From the NCBI GenBank assembly GCA_934162665.1, contig CAKPJN010000005.1:17529-81528 (forward strand): a stretch of 64,000 nucleotides of DNA, written 5' to 3'. This stretch comes from an uncultured Bacilli bacterium (GTDB taxonomy: Bacteria; Bacillota_I; Bacilli_A; RF39; UBA660). This document shows positions 20,811-31,536 of the stretch, one piece after another; within the stretch, counting starts at the first letter, position 1; each line of letters begins with the position of its first letter. Made by a program: the position numbers and the translations under genes. A model generated the notes under the pieces. It saw only the letters and a program-made list of their open reading frames with translations, did not search any database and was not told where the DNA came from.

Positions 20811-22949
20811 CTACTTATTTTTATCTAACATAAAATCATATTTTAAACTGAAATTAGGATTATAAAATTTATCATGTTCTAAATAAGAGCTCCAATGTTC
20901 TTGTAAATATTTCTTTTCTTGTAAAAATTTATTATATTTTTCTGTTGTAGAATCTAATCCTCTAGACTTTGATTCATGATGATATAATTCTACTTGAGGT
21001 AAAAAGACATTATAGTAACCCTTTTCTAACAATTTTAAATTTAAGTCAATATCATTAAAGGCAACCTTTAATTCTTCATTAAATTTTCCAACATCGTTAA
21101 ACTTTTTTCTACTAATCATCATACAAGCTGCAGTAACAGCACTATAATCATATGGAACTAAAAGTCTTCCATAAAATCCATAGGAATCACTAGGCGTATG
21201 TAAAAATGCATGACGAGCAGTTCCATCAATTCCTAAGATAACTCCACCATGTTGAATTGTATCATCAGGATATAAAAGTTTAACACCAACAGCACCAATA
21301 TGATTTTGCATAGCATAACCAACCATACTATTAATCCATGTAGGTGTAAATACTTCGGTATCATTATTTAAAAACAATATATAATCACCTTTTGCCTCAT
21401 CAACAGCAATATTATTAATTTTAGAGTAATTAAACTCAAAATTTGCTTTAATAACCCTAAAATTTTTATGCTTTTCTTTATATTTATCAAATAAATCAAA
21501 AGTATCTTTTTCAACACTATTATTATCAACTACTATAACTTCATAATTTTTATATACTGTTTTTGTATAAATGGAATTTAAACAAACCTCTAAAGTCTTT
21601 GATAAATCTCTAGTTGGAATAATAATTGAGACCAAAGGTTCCTTTTTATATTTATATTCAACAATATAGTGAGTAGATTTTATTGGTACAATAACATCAG
21701 CGTTTAATTTTCTTCTCTTAATTGCAGCCTCAACAGCTTTACGGCCATTATCAATTGCATAATCCTTGCTTTCAATTGTATCAGCAGTAGATCCAGGTAC
21801 TTTTCTCCAATGATATAAAATCTTAGGAATATGATAAATTCTATCTGGAGTAGTCTTTTCAACAAATCTCAAAAACAAATCAAAATCTTGAGCTCCAACA
21901 TATTCACTTTTAAATCCACCTATTTCATCCATTATACTTTTTCTTAAAATTTCAAAATGACAAATATAATTTCCACCAAGAAGTGAATCAGGGGAATAAT
22001 CCGGTTTAAAATGTGGTTCACATCTATTTCCTTCCATATCAATTTTATCTTCATCACTATAAATAAGATCAAGTTTTTTATTTTTATTTAATGCATAAAC
22101 CATTTCATACAAAGCATTCTCAGTAATAACATCATCATTATCCATCAAAGCCACAAATTCACCTTTTGCTATCTTTAAAGCACTATTCGTAGCCTTAGAA
22201 ATATGACCATTTTCCTTACGATAAACAACTCTAATTCTCTTATCCTTTTGTTGATATTCTCTTAAAGTTTCCTTTGTTTCCTCTAAAGTTGAACAATCAT
22301 CTGCCAAACATACTTCAAAATTTTCATATTTTTGATTTAAAATAGAATCAAGGCATTCAGATAAATACTCACGTTCAATATTATAAACTGGAATTAAAAT
22401 TGAAATTAATGGCTTATATTTCAAATCTTCATACATAGGTTCTTCTTCATTTTCATAAATCCATTTTAAATAATCTTTTTGTCTAAATGGATGATAATAT
22501 TCCATATGAAAAGCTAATTTAATTTTTTGAACAAAACGTTTAAAATATTTACTCCACAAAACAGGAGGAACAAGAAAATGATGCTCACGCCATAAGAATT
22601 TAATACCTTTTCCTATTTCCTTAAAAGGAATAAATATCTTTTTTAGAATCATTTTTAATTTAAAAGTCAATCTTCTAAATAAATTATTATTAAGTTTAGC
22701 TATAACGAAGCTATCATCATTAGTCTCTAAAACTACAACTATCTTTTTACTATTAGAACTTAATTTAGTAGTTAAAACAAATCTGCCATGATTATTAATG
22801 CTAGACAATTTGCATTTTTGAGGAGCTCCATCGACAAAAACCCTCAATTTTAATTCAGAAGACTTAAACTTGCCTTCAATAACTAATTGAGGATGAAGCA
22901 CACCTGTTATATTTTTAGATGTAATTTTAATCAATTTCTTATATTCCAT
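20811..22949 (-). CDS. Bifunctional glycosyltransferase with two GT2 domains
   Basis: Two GT2 motifs (ISILIPVYNIEREYLSECLDSILNQKY and VSIIIPTRDLSKTLEVCLNSI...EVIVVDNNS). Confidence 0.7.
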   Translation of the reverse strand: MEYKKLIKITSKNITGVLHPQLVIEGKFKSSELKLRVFVDGAPQKCKLSSINNHGRFVLTTKLSSNSKKIVVVLETNDDSFVIAKLNNNLFRRLTFKLKMILKKIFIPFKEIGKGIKFLWREHHFLVPPVLWSKYFKRFVQKIKLAFHMEYYHPFRQKDYLKWIYENEEEPMYEDLKYKPLISILIPVYNIEREYLSECLDSILNQKYENFEVCLADDCSTLEETKETLREYQQKDKRIRVVYRKENGHISKATNSALKIAKGEFVALMDNDDVITENALYEMVYALNKNKKLDLIYSDEDKIDMEGNRCEPHFKPDYSPDSLLGGNYICHFEILRKSIMDEIGGFKSEYVGAQDFDLFLRFVEKTTPDRIYHIPKILYHWRKVPGSTADTIESKDYAIDNGRKAVEAAIKRRKLNADVIVPIKSTHYIVEYKYKKEPLVSIIIPTRDLSKTLEVCLNSIYTKTVYKNYEVIVVDNNSVEKDTFDLFDKYKEKHKNFRVIKANFEFNYSKINNIAVDEAKGDYILFLNNDTEVFTPTWINSMVGYAMQNHIGAVGVKLLYPDDTIQHGGVILGIDGTARHAFLHTPSDSYGFYGRLLVPYDYSAVTAACMMISRKKFNDVGKFNEELKVAFNDIDLNLKLLEKGYYNVFLPQVELYHHESKSRGLDSTTEKYNKFLQEKKYLQEHWSSYLEHDKFYNPNFSLKYDFMLDKNK

Positions 22950-22952
22950 AAA

Positions 22953-23729
22953 TTATAACTCCTCCGCAAAGCCTTTCTCCAATTTTCTAAACACAAGTAA
23001 TCCAATAATCAAAATAATCAATGAAATACCAACCATATATATAAAACTATTTAATCCAATCATTTGATGATACATAAAAATATTTCTATATGCATCAATA
23101 ATATGTGTCATAGGATTCAAATACAAAATCCATTGCAAACTTTTAGGAAATAAAGTTGCTGTATATAAAATTGGAGTACCATAAAATAGCATATTTATTA
23201 AAAATTGAACTATATATTCAGTATCTTTTATATAAATATTAATAGCACTTAAACCAAGAACTAAACCCAAAGTTAAGCAAAATTGAATAATAGCAACCAC
23301 AGGTAATAATAGCAAGTGCCAACTAATACCAACACCACCAACTATACAAAATATTAAAATTATTATACAACTAATAAAAAAATTAACTAATGCACTCATT
23401 ACAACAGAAATAGGTAATATTTCTCGAGGAAAATATACTTTTTTAACTATTCCGGCATTTGTTCTAATAGTAATCATTCCTTGATTAATAGCAGTAGTAA
23501 AAAAAGTCCATGGAATAACACCACAAATTAGAAAAATTAAATAATTATCTGTTTTTACACGCATAATATAAGGAAAAACTATAGCATAAACAGCAACTGT
23601 TAAAAGTGGATTTAAAAATGACCATAAAACGCCTAAAAAAGACCCCTTATATTTACCTCTGATTTCTTTCTTGATATTACTTTTCAATAGTTCTCTATAT
23701 TTATATAAATTAGTAAACACACTCATCAC
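22953..23729 (-). CDS. ABC-2 type polysaccharide/teichoic-acid export permease (Wzm/TagG-like)
   Basis: Six TM segments. Immediately upstream of the ATPase with a 1-nt gap. Confidence 0.7.
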   Translation of the reverse strand: MMSVFTNLYKYRELLKSNIKKEIRGKYKGSFLGVLWSFLNPLLTVAVYAIVFPYIMRVKTDNYLIFLICGVIPWTFFTTAINQGMITIRTNAGIVKKVYFPREILPISVVMSALVNFFISCIIILIFCIVGGVGISWHLLLLPVVAIIQFCLTLGLVLGLSAINIYIKDTEYIVQFLINMLFYGTPILYTATLFPKSLQWILYLNPMTHIIDAYRNIFMYHQMIGLNSFIYMVGISLIILIIGLLVFRKLEKGFAEEL

Positions 23730-24467
23730 CTACTTACATTCCTCAAGATATTTTTCAATAACATCGGTAGGATTTCCATCATCCTTTATTTTCCCACCAC
23801 AAATCCAAACTGCCCTTGTACATAAATCTTTAATTGAATCTAAACTATGACTAACAATAACAATTGTCTTATCACTATTTTTTAATTCATTCAATTTAGC
23901 AAAACATTTATCTTGAAAATGTTGATCACCAACAGCTAAAATTTCATCAATTAATAAAATATCAGCATCAACATTTATAGCAACTGAAAAAGCAAGTCTC
24001 ATATACATTCCAGAAGAATAGGTTCTAACAGGATTATCAATATAATCACCTAATTCGGAAAAATCTATAATAGTTTGAAGCCTCTCATCAATCTCCTTCT
24101 TTGTTAATCCAAAAATAGATGCATTAAAATAAATATTTTCCCTTCCCGTAAAATCTTGATGAAACCCTGCACCAAGTTCAAGTAAAGAGGTCAATTTACC
24201 TTTAGTTATAATCTTTCCAGAAGTTGGATAAATTATTTTAGTCATTAACTTCAAAAGTGTACTTTTACCACTACCATTAACACCTATTAAAGCAACCGTT
24301 TCTCCTTTTTTTATATTTAAATCTATATTACTAAGAACCGTTTTAATTTCTTTATTAGATCTATTCCAAAATACTAATCGCTCCTTTAAAGTATTTGGCT
24401 TATCATAATATATTTTAAAACTCTTAGTAACATTTTCAACTTTAATAACATAATCACTCTTGGACAT
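23730..24467 (-). CDS. ABC transporter ATP-binding protein (Wzt/TagH-like)
   Basis: Walker A GVNGSGKST, signature SSGM, Walker B ILLIDE. Confidence 0.8.
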   Translation of the reverse strand: MSKSDYVIKVENVTKSFKIYYDKPNTLKERLVFWNRSNKEIKTVLSNIDLNIKKGETVALIGVNGSGKSTLLKLMTKIIYPTSGKIITKGKLTSLLELGAGFHQDFTGRENIYFNASIFGLTKKEIDERLQTIIDFSELGDYIDNPVRTYSSGMYMRLAFSVAINVDADILLIDEILAVGDQHFQDKCFAKLNELKNSDKTIVIVSHSLDSIKDLCTRAVWICGGKIKDDGNPTDVIEKYLEECK

Positions 24468-24603
24468 ATAATCACTCCTTGTACCTAAAAATATTATAAC
24501 ATAATAGATAAATTAATAAAAGAAAAAGCTAAACTCATAATATTCTTAACTTATATTAGTTAATCAATTTTACAAAAGAAAAGAAAAAATTTATAAATTC
24601 TTT

Positions 24604-25674
24604 CTAACTAACTTTCACTTTTCTATTAATAAATCTTTTAAGAATTTTAATCATAAAATTTAAAATACTTGATAATATAAAATTAATAACAAACGAAAAA
24701 ACTAAAATTGTAAAAAAGTTTTTTAATATTTGCCCAGCTGTTGGAATAAAAACATAATTTTTGCAAACAACTTTATCAATAATTGCAGATAACAAATACA
24801 TAGTAAATGAATTTATTGATATACTCTTAATAAATTTTTTTATACTTTTTTTATCACATTTTAAATCATATAGTAATAAAAAGACCAAAATAGATATAAC
24901 AACAATCGGTAAAGCATTAAAATTTAATCCATTAGGTATAACTTTACCAAAAGTTGTACCTCTACAATAATAAAATATTACAAAAACCTCAAAGAACAAA
25001 ATAATACCTATTAATAACAAATTAAGTTTTTTCTTAATAACTGGTTTATACTCACGAATATAAGCACCAACTAAATAATAAATTAAAACATAAGTAGTAT
25101 TACCCCACCAATTAGGTAAAATATCAAGAGCTGTATCATCAATAAATAAAACTTGCAAAGTTTGAGGAATAGAACAAGTCAATATTAATGATAAAATTAA
25201 AATCTGTTTTTGCTTTTTATCTGGAATATTCTTATACAAAATATTAATAAAAGGAATAAATAAAAATAAACCAATATACATTTCAACATACCATCCATAT
25301 TGAATAGTAGTATAATTAAAAATACCTAAAATCATATCTTTTAATCTCTCATCATCATGAAAATACCATCTCTTAAAACAAATCATAATAATTGAGACAA
25401 CAAAATAAGTAATTAATATTGTTTTTATCTCATTATAATACTCTTTACTTAATTTCTTTTCACATTTTAAATAACCAGTTAATAATATAAATAATGGAAC
25501 ACAAATACGTACAAAGCACCTTAACATAGTTAATAAGAATACTTTTTCTCCATCCATTATTTGACCATAAAAACCAGAATACTCCATAAAGTGAGATCCC
25601 ATAACTAAAAAAATAGCTAATGCCCTTATTAAATCCAAACCAAAAGATCTATCTTTTTTTATAACTTCATTCAT
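24604..25674 (-). CDS. Acyltransferase family 3 membrane O-acyltransferase
   Basis: LDLIRALAIFLVMGSHF N-terminal motif and about 10 TM segments. Confidence 0.65.
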   Translation of the reverse strand: MNEVIKKDRSFGLDLIRALAIFLVMGSHFMEYSGFYGQIMDGEKVFLLTMLRCFVRICVPLFILLTGYLKCEKKLSKEYYNEIKTILITYFVVSIIMICFKRWYFHDDERLKDMILGIFNYTTIQYGWYVEMYIGLFLFIPFINILYKNIPDKKQKQILILSLILTCSIPQTLQVLFIDDTALDILPNWWGNTTYVLIYYLVGAYIREYKPVIKKKLNLLLIGIILFFEVFVIFYYCRGTTFGKVIPNGLNFNALPIVVISILVFLLLYDLKCDKKSIKKFIKSISINSFTMYLLSAIIDKVVCKNYVFIPTAGQILKNFFTILVFSFVINFILSSILNFMIKILKRFINRKVKVS

Positions 25675-25771
25675 AACAACTTATCCCCCATGATAATTAA
25701 ATTAAGAACGCTATCGCATTCTCATATTGTTAATATAATTATAACACAATGAGACGTTTTTACAAATTAAA

Positions 25772-26542
25772 TTATAAATATTCTTCTAATATTTTAGAAA
25801 CAACATCATACCCAGCATTAGATAAATGTAAACCATCAGTAGTATATTCTCTATCCAATTCACCATCAGAATTTAATAATTTCGAAAATATATCAATATA
25901 AACAATTGAATTTTCTTTACAAAATTTTTCTATTTCTTTATTTATCTTTTTTGCTGATTTATTATTCCTTGGACCAGCTTTATAGGAATTAATATTTTTA
26001 TTAACTGGATAAATTGACTGTATATATATCTTTGCACTAGGTCTATTTTTTTGGATTAACTTAACTATTTCTTTGACATTTTTAATTGTATCATCTTCAG
26101 ATAAATTTCCTAATTCTTTATCATTAGTTCCAATCATTATAAAAATCTTAGATGGATTATATTTATAAACTCTACCCTCTAAATCTGCTAAAATATCTTT
26201 AGTAGTATTACCACATTCACCACTATTTACAGTATGATGACCTTCAAAATATTTTTTAGGATTAAAATAATAAGTAATTGAATCTCCTAAAAAAACAATA
26301 TTTTCATCCATTTCTTTTTTGTCTACTATCTCTATGCTGGTTTTAACTTTTGAGCTATAAGATATAAAGATGAACAAAGTAAAACTTAATAACAATATAA
26401 AAATTATTCCAAAAACGATTTTTAAAATTTTACTTCTAAAAATACCATAACTTTTTTCTATAGGTTTAGACCTACTATATTTACCATTTTTCCTATTTGA
26501 TTTTATAACATTATTTTTTTTATTATTTTTTAACATATACAA
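25772..26542 (-). CDS. Membrane-anchored SGNH/GDSL hydrolase
   Basis: GDSITY (block I), GTND (block III), DGLHLS (block V, DxxH). N-terminal TM segment. Confidence 0.7.
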   Translation of the reverse strand: MYMLKNNKKNNVIKSNRKNGKYSRSKPIEKSYGIFRSKILKIVFGIIFILLLSFTLFIFISYSSKVKTSIEIVDKKEMDENIVFLGDSITYYFNPKKYFEGHHTVNSGECGNTTKDILADLEGRVYKYNPSKIFIMIGTNDKELGNLSEDDTIKNVKEIVKLIQKNRPSAKIYIQSIYPVNKNINSYKAGPRNNKSAKKINKEIEKFCKENSIVYIDIFSKLLNSDGELDREYTTDGLHLSNAGYDVVSKILEEYL

Positions 26543-26619
26543 ACACCTCTCAAAACTATTAAAAATTATAACACATATGCATATATAAATTAATATATTG
26601 ATTTTCTTTAATTTAAAGA

Positions 26620-28050
26620 TTAATTATAGTAATCTAACACAACAACCAAAATATCCTGATAAACAGTAACTTTTTTATTCAAACTATTATATATTTCATC
26701 AACTTTCTTTATTTGCTCTAAACTAGGAGCTGGGTAATTAATTTCTAAAGCATTTAAAAAACCATGGATTCGATAATTTGAACCAAACTCAGTATCATAA
26801 TCCCAATTAAAGAAACTATTACCAATTGTTTCACCACGAATCTTAGCAACAGGTGAAATTGTCCCAACAAAAACAATAGGCTTACCAGGATATTCTTCAA
26901 TAACCTCTTTTATTTGATAAGCAACATTAATATCTTTTTTATATCTTTTGTAATCACCTTGATATAAAAAGAAAGTAATAATAGATTGTATTATAATAAA
27001 AATAATAGGAATAAGATAAACAACTTTTTTTTGATTATTTAATGATAATACAAATATAAAAGAAATAATAACTGGCAAAGCAAACTGAATCCTATTTAAA
27101 GTTCCATTTCCAAATATAACAGTAAACAAAAATGGTACAAAAATTAAAAATAAATATGGGATAATTGAGAATTTATATTTAAATTGTCTTGTTTTTAAAT
27201 ATTTAAAAAGAAATATAATACCAATTAAATAACTAAAATTAAAAAAAGGAAATTTACCAAATAAAACATCAAACATATATTTTCCTATATGAAGAAAGCA
27301 ATAAATAAATGGTCTTCTAAAATATAAAATTTGATTTGTCAAATAACTAGAATTAGTTATATGAAAAACATTTAATACAATCTTATTAATGATAAAAGAA
27401 CCGATCATACCACAGAAAAAAATTAAAATATATTTTATAATAATTGAAAATTGTTCTTTAATAGAAATCTCTTTTTCTTTAGTATAACTAATAAAATAAA
27501 TATTACTAAATGCAATATATAATAAATAAAAAGCCTGATAAGTACCAAAAATCAAAAAAAGTAATGGCATAATAAAAATTAAAAGATAATACTTTTTTTG
27601 ATAAATTACCCGATTAATCATGATAAAAGCAATAACTAATAATAAATAACTAATACTAACTTCCAACATCTGCATTGTGAAAATAAACTGGTCAGTAAGA
27701 ACTGGTGCAGTAAGAATAAATCCCACTATAATAAATATATTTAATAAAAAATGATCTTTAGAAAATTTTTTTGCAATATCTCTAGCAAAAAGAAAAGCTG
27801 CAGCAAACAAAATAATTAAAGAAAGAAAACTAGTAAGCATAATATTTAAATTATAATTATTAAAAATATATTTATAAAATCCTAAACCAAACCTACCAAG
27901 TTGATACCAATCTTTAATCATTCCATGAGCATCATTTAAAAATATTTCATTATCAATAGAAATACTATAATGAGTAAGTTTAATTGAATAACTAAATATT
28001 ATTAAACTAATCAATAAAATGACAATCAAATAATTACTTTTCTTTTTCAT
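26620..28050 (-). CDS. Polytopic membrane protein of unknown function (polymerase/GT-C-like) with a C-terminal soluble domain
   Basis: At least 10 hydrophobic segments. Terminal gene of the glycopolymer cluster. Confidence 0.35.
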   Translation of the reverse strand: MKKKSNYLIVILLISLIIFSYSIKLTHYSISIDNEIFLNDAHGMIKDWYQLGRFGLGFYKYIFNNYNLNIMLTSFLSLIILFAAAFLFARDIAKKFSKDHFLLNIFIIVGFILTAPVLTDQFIFTMQMLEVSISYLLLVIAFIMINRVIYQKKYYLLIFIMPLLFLIFGTYQAFYLLYIAFSNIYFISYTKEKEISIKEQFSIIIKYILIFFCGMIGSFIINKIVLNVFHITNSSYLTNQILYFRRPFIYCFLHIGKYMFDVLFGKFPFFNFSYLIGIIFLFKYLKTRQFKYKFSIIPYLFLIFVPFLFTVIFGNGTLNRIQFALPVIISFIFVLSLNNQKKVVYLIPIIFIIIQSIITFFLYQGDYKRYKKDINVAYQIKEVIEEYPGKPIVFVGTISPVAKIRGETIGNSFFNWDYDTEFGSNYRIHGFLNALEINYPAPSLEQIKKVDEIYNSLNKKVTVYQDILVVVLDYYN

Positions 28051-28212
28051 AATATATCAGTCCTTTTTATTTAATATTATCATAAATAAAAAGTGCAGTA
28101 AATATCAAAAAAACTTTTAAACAATTTCCAAAAAACTGTAAATTAAATTACAATAAAATTAACTTCATCAATAAATAAAATATATAATTAAATTAATAAT
28201 TGGAGGCCTTAT

Positions 28213-29226
28213 ATGAAACAATTACATATTTCAAACATTCACAATGGAATGGAGCTTGAACAAACACTATACGATGAAAATAACAAAATACTATTACGAA
28301 GTGGCGCTACTTTAACTACATCCATAATTGAAAAATTAAAAAACATGGGGTTCACCATGCTTTGTATCAAAGATGAAAATAATAATGATATTGAAATTGA
28401 AACATGTCTTTCAAGAGAACAAAAAAAAGAGATAATTAACTCCCTTAAAAGTTTAGATTTTTATAATTACAAAAATATTGATTATAAAGATGTAACAAAA
28501 AGTGCAGAAACAATTATCGAAGGAGTATCAAAAAGTAAAAATATAGCAATTGATTTATTAGATATAAGAAATGATAAAAATTATAATTACGCAAACTCTT
28601 TAGTAATAGCAGAACTTACTGCAGCAATAGCCAAAGAATACAGAAAAGATGATCAATTAGTATTCAAAGACGAATCTTTACTAGCAATAACTCAAGCTGC
28701 ATTATTACATAGTATCGGGAAAAGTTGTAAAAATAATAAAGTAAGAGAAAAATTAGGAATAAAAGAATATAAAAAAAGAAAATACACCAATATATGCCTA
28801 TCAACTATTACATGACGCTATTATTCCAAATGCTTCAATAATATCTGTTGGTATATTATTCCATAAAACTAATGAAAACGGTACTAATTGTCCAAAAGGT
28901 TATGAAAATATAATAAAAAGAAAAGGTGTTAATTTATTTTCACAAATAATACATGTAGCCGACTCATACATGAACTTAATATCACAGGAAAACAGTTATA
29001 ATCTTCCAATAGGACCTGCAGAAGCCATGGAGATACATCAGGTGAAATTTTTAATAAAGACGTAGTAGATACATTTGTAAGAAAAGTGGCCATATATCCA
29101 TTAGGCATAAGTGTTAAACTATCAAACGGTGAACAAGCAATAGTAATAGGTAATAATATTGGCAATGAATGATTCAACTATAGACCTATAGTTGGAACAG
29201 AAGATGGAAAAAATATGATCTACTAG
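28213..29226 (+). pseudogene. Decayed HD/HD-GYP-family phosphohydrolase gene: a 200-aa ORF followed by further segments in shifted frames and an in-frame stop
   Basis: ORF 28213-28815 ends ...AALLHSIGK.... A +2 frame continues from about 28808 (LHDAIIPNAS...FHKTNENGTNCPKGYENIIKRKGVNLFSQIIHVADSYMNL...) to the stop at 29063. A third frame follows (GEIFNKDVVDTFVRKVAIYPLGISVKLSNGEQAIVIGNN) with TGA at 29170, then FNYRPIVGTEDGKNMIY. Collinear with HD-GYP proteins, but HD becomes HS, HHE becomes FHK and GYP becomes NCP. Confidence 0.55.
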
Positions 29227-29291
29227 ATGAAAACTATAAATATTTAACAATAATACCAAATATGGATACCACGGGGTTTGTCTACAATCTG

Positions 29292-29316
29292 AGTATGTAA
29301 AATAATTTTACATACT
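29292..29316 (+). terminator. Hairpin agtatgtaaa/tttacatact followed by a T-run
   Basis: 10-bp inverted repeat then atttttaac, downstream of the pseudogene. Confidence 0.45.
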
Positions 29317-29368
29317 ATTTTTAACAATTAAATAAGCCTAGTTCATTACAATAAACTAGACTTTTATA

Positions 29369-30544
29369 TTATATAGTTCCACTAACAATATCTTTAAAAA
29401 CTTTTAACATTAACTCAAGATAATTCATAGAAGAAACATTTTCAGAAGAAATTAAATTACCCGTAGATACAATCTTATTATTTTCTAAAACATTTACTTT
29501 TCCAACCACTTGTCCCTTCTTTATCGGAAGTTTAATTGAATTAATTTTAACACTGTATTTATATTTAGAATTACTAGAAGTTTTATCTTCTATAACACCC
29601 AAATCATCTTTTAAAACAACACTTATCTTATCTTTCGTAGCTTTATCTAACTCAATATCTTTTATTTTAGTACCACTTTTCTTCAAAACATTCATCTTAA
29701 TAGTATTAAAACCATAATCAAGTAACCCCATTGCTTCACTATTTCTAGTCTTACTATTATCTTCACCTAAAACAATACCAATAAGTCTCATATTATTTTT
29801 CTTCGCTGTTGCGGCTAAACAATATTTAGCATTATCAGTATGACCAGTCTTTAAGCCATCTGCACCATCATAATATCTTACCAATTTATTTGTATTAACT
29901 AACCAAAATTTATTTTCTGTATCTTCTCTTAAATAATCCTCATAAACAGAAGAAAACTTAAGAATTTCCGGATGATTTACTACCAACTCTTTAGCAATCA
30001 TTGCCATATCATATGCACTAGAATAATGTCCATCTGCATCTAAGCCTGTACAATTTTTAAATTGTGTATGCTTAAGACCCAATTCTTTAACTTTCTTATT
30101 CATCATTTCAACAAACTTTTCTTCACTACCAGCAATTACTTCAGCCATCTGTACAGTTGCATCATTACCACTAGCCATAGAAATACCCTTCATTAAATCA
30201 CGAATAGAAATTTTCTCACCCTGACTTATATATATTTGGGAACCACCCATGTCAGCAGCATTTTTACTAACCGTAACAATATCATCCCATTTAATAGTAC
30301 CATTTTCAATATTTTCGAGTATAATAATTTGAGCAACCATTTTTGTCATAGAAGCAACCGCAACTTCTTTATCTTTTTCTTTTTCAAATAATATTTTACC
30401 AGTAGTAGCTTCAATTAATATACCACTATCTGCATGTTCAATTAATGATGATGTAGTCCCATTACCATCAATATTTTCCTCCGCAAATACACATAAAGGA
30501 AAACAAAAAGAGAAAATTAATAAAAAATACAAAAATTTTTTCAT
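29369..30544 (-). CDS. dacA: D-alanyl-D-alanine carboxypeptidase (serine-type, PBP5/DacA-like) with signal peptide
   Basis: SMTK (SxxK), SGN and KTG motifs. C-terminal beta-sandwich domain. Confidence 0.8.
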   Translation of the reverse strand: MKKFLYFLLIFSFCFPLCVFAEENIDGNGTTSSLIEHADSGILIEATTGKILFEKEKDKEVAVASMTKMVAQIIILENIENGTIKWDDIVTVSKNAADMGGSQIYISQGEKISIRDLMKGISMASGNDATVQMAEVIAGSEEKFVEMMNKKVKELGLKHTQFKNCTGLDADGHYSSAYDMAMIAKELVVNHPEILKFSSVYEDYLREDTENKFWLVNTNKLVRYYDGADGLKTGHTDNAKYCLAATAKKNNMRLIGIVLGEDNSKTRNSEAMGLLDYGFNTIKMNVLKKSGTKIKDIELDKATKDKISVVLKDDLGVIEDKTSSNSKYKYSVKINSIKLPIKKGQVVGKVNVLENNKIVSTGNLISSENVSSMNYLELMLKVFKDIVSGTI

Positions 30545-30633
30545 GACAACCTCCTATAATTTTTTATGTTTTGTAAAAGTTTTTTATTCATAAATAGTGT
30601 TTTTAATGCTATGATATTATTAGGTGATGATAT

Positions 30634-31527
30634 ATGACCAAAATTGTAAAAAAAAGATTAAGGATAAAAAAGAAACCACTAATTATATTTTTACTATGTA
30701 TTACATTAATAGTAATAAGTATTACAAACGGATTTAATAAAAAAGAAAAAACAACTACTTTAAAGAAAGTTTTAACTAATAAGGAAATAAAACTAGACAA
30801 ACTAAAAAATATTGATAAAAAGCTAGACTACTTTAATTACGATTATATAGATAGATATATAGACTATAAAAATAAAAACAAAAATCTTTCCCTAGAAGAT
30901 GTTATAACACATGTAAATATAGGAATAGATAACGATTATTATACTAATACTAAAAGAAGTCCATATCTAAATAAAAGTTATATATTAATTAACAAATATT
31001 ACTATGCTGGTAAAAATTATATTCCAAATAACTTAGAAGCAATAGATGAAAAGTATGCAAGAAGTGGTATGAAATTAGTAAATTATGCAAAAACAGCATT
31101 CGAAAAAATGGCAAAAGATGCTAGTAAAGAAGGATTATCTATAATAGCTATGTCAAGTTACAGAAGCTACATATATCAAGAAACCCTATATAACAAATAT
31201 GTAGAAGAAGATGGTAAAAAAGCAGCTGATAGTTATTCTGCAAGACCAGGATTTTCAGAACATCAAACAGGTCTAGCAGTAGATGTATATAATGGAACAG
31301 AAGATTATACAAACTTTGAAAATACAAAAGAATTTACTTGGATGCAAGAAAATGCACACAAATATGGATTCATTTTAAGGTTTCCTAAAGATAAAACGGA
31401 TCTAACTGGTTATGTATATGAATCATGGCATTATCGATATGTTGGAGTAAAAATTGCCAACTACATAAAAAAACATAACCTATGTTATGAAGAATATTAC
31501 GTAAAAAAAATTGAGAGCACACAGTAG
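30634..31527 (+). CDS. Membrane-anchored VanY-type D-Ala-D-Ala carboxypeptidase (peptidase M15B)
   Basis: SYRSY...ARPGFSEHQTGLAVDV...SWHYRYVG zinc-binding motifs. Confidence 0.75.
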   Translation: MTKIVKKRLRIKKKPLIIFLLCITLIVISITNGFNKKEKTTTLKKVLTNKEIKLDKLKNIDKKLDYFNYDYIDRYIDYKNKNKNLSLEDVITHVNIGIDNDYYTNTKRSPYLNKSYILINKYYYAGKNYIPNNLEAIDEKYARSGMKLVNYAKTAFEKMAKDASKEGLSIIAMSSYRSYIYQETLYNKYVEEDGKKAADSYSARPGFSEHQTGLAVDVYNGTEDYTNFENTKEFTWMQENAHKYGFILRFPKDKTDLTGYVYESWHYRYVGVKIANYIKKHNLCYEEYYVKKIESTQ

Positions 31528-31536
31528 CTCTCATTT

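Noticed and set aside
24761-24970. 69-aa plus ORF inside the acyltransferase gene
   Set aside because: Antisense shadow ORF.
28929-29177. 82-aa minus ORF
   Set aside because: It lies antisense to the remnant frames of the HD-GYP-like pseudogene, where the sense-strand homology is clear.
30609-30800. 63-aa minus ORF overlapping the VanY-like gene start
   Set aside because: Hydrophobic shadow ORF opposite a well-supported CDS.
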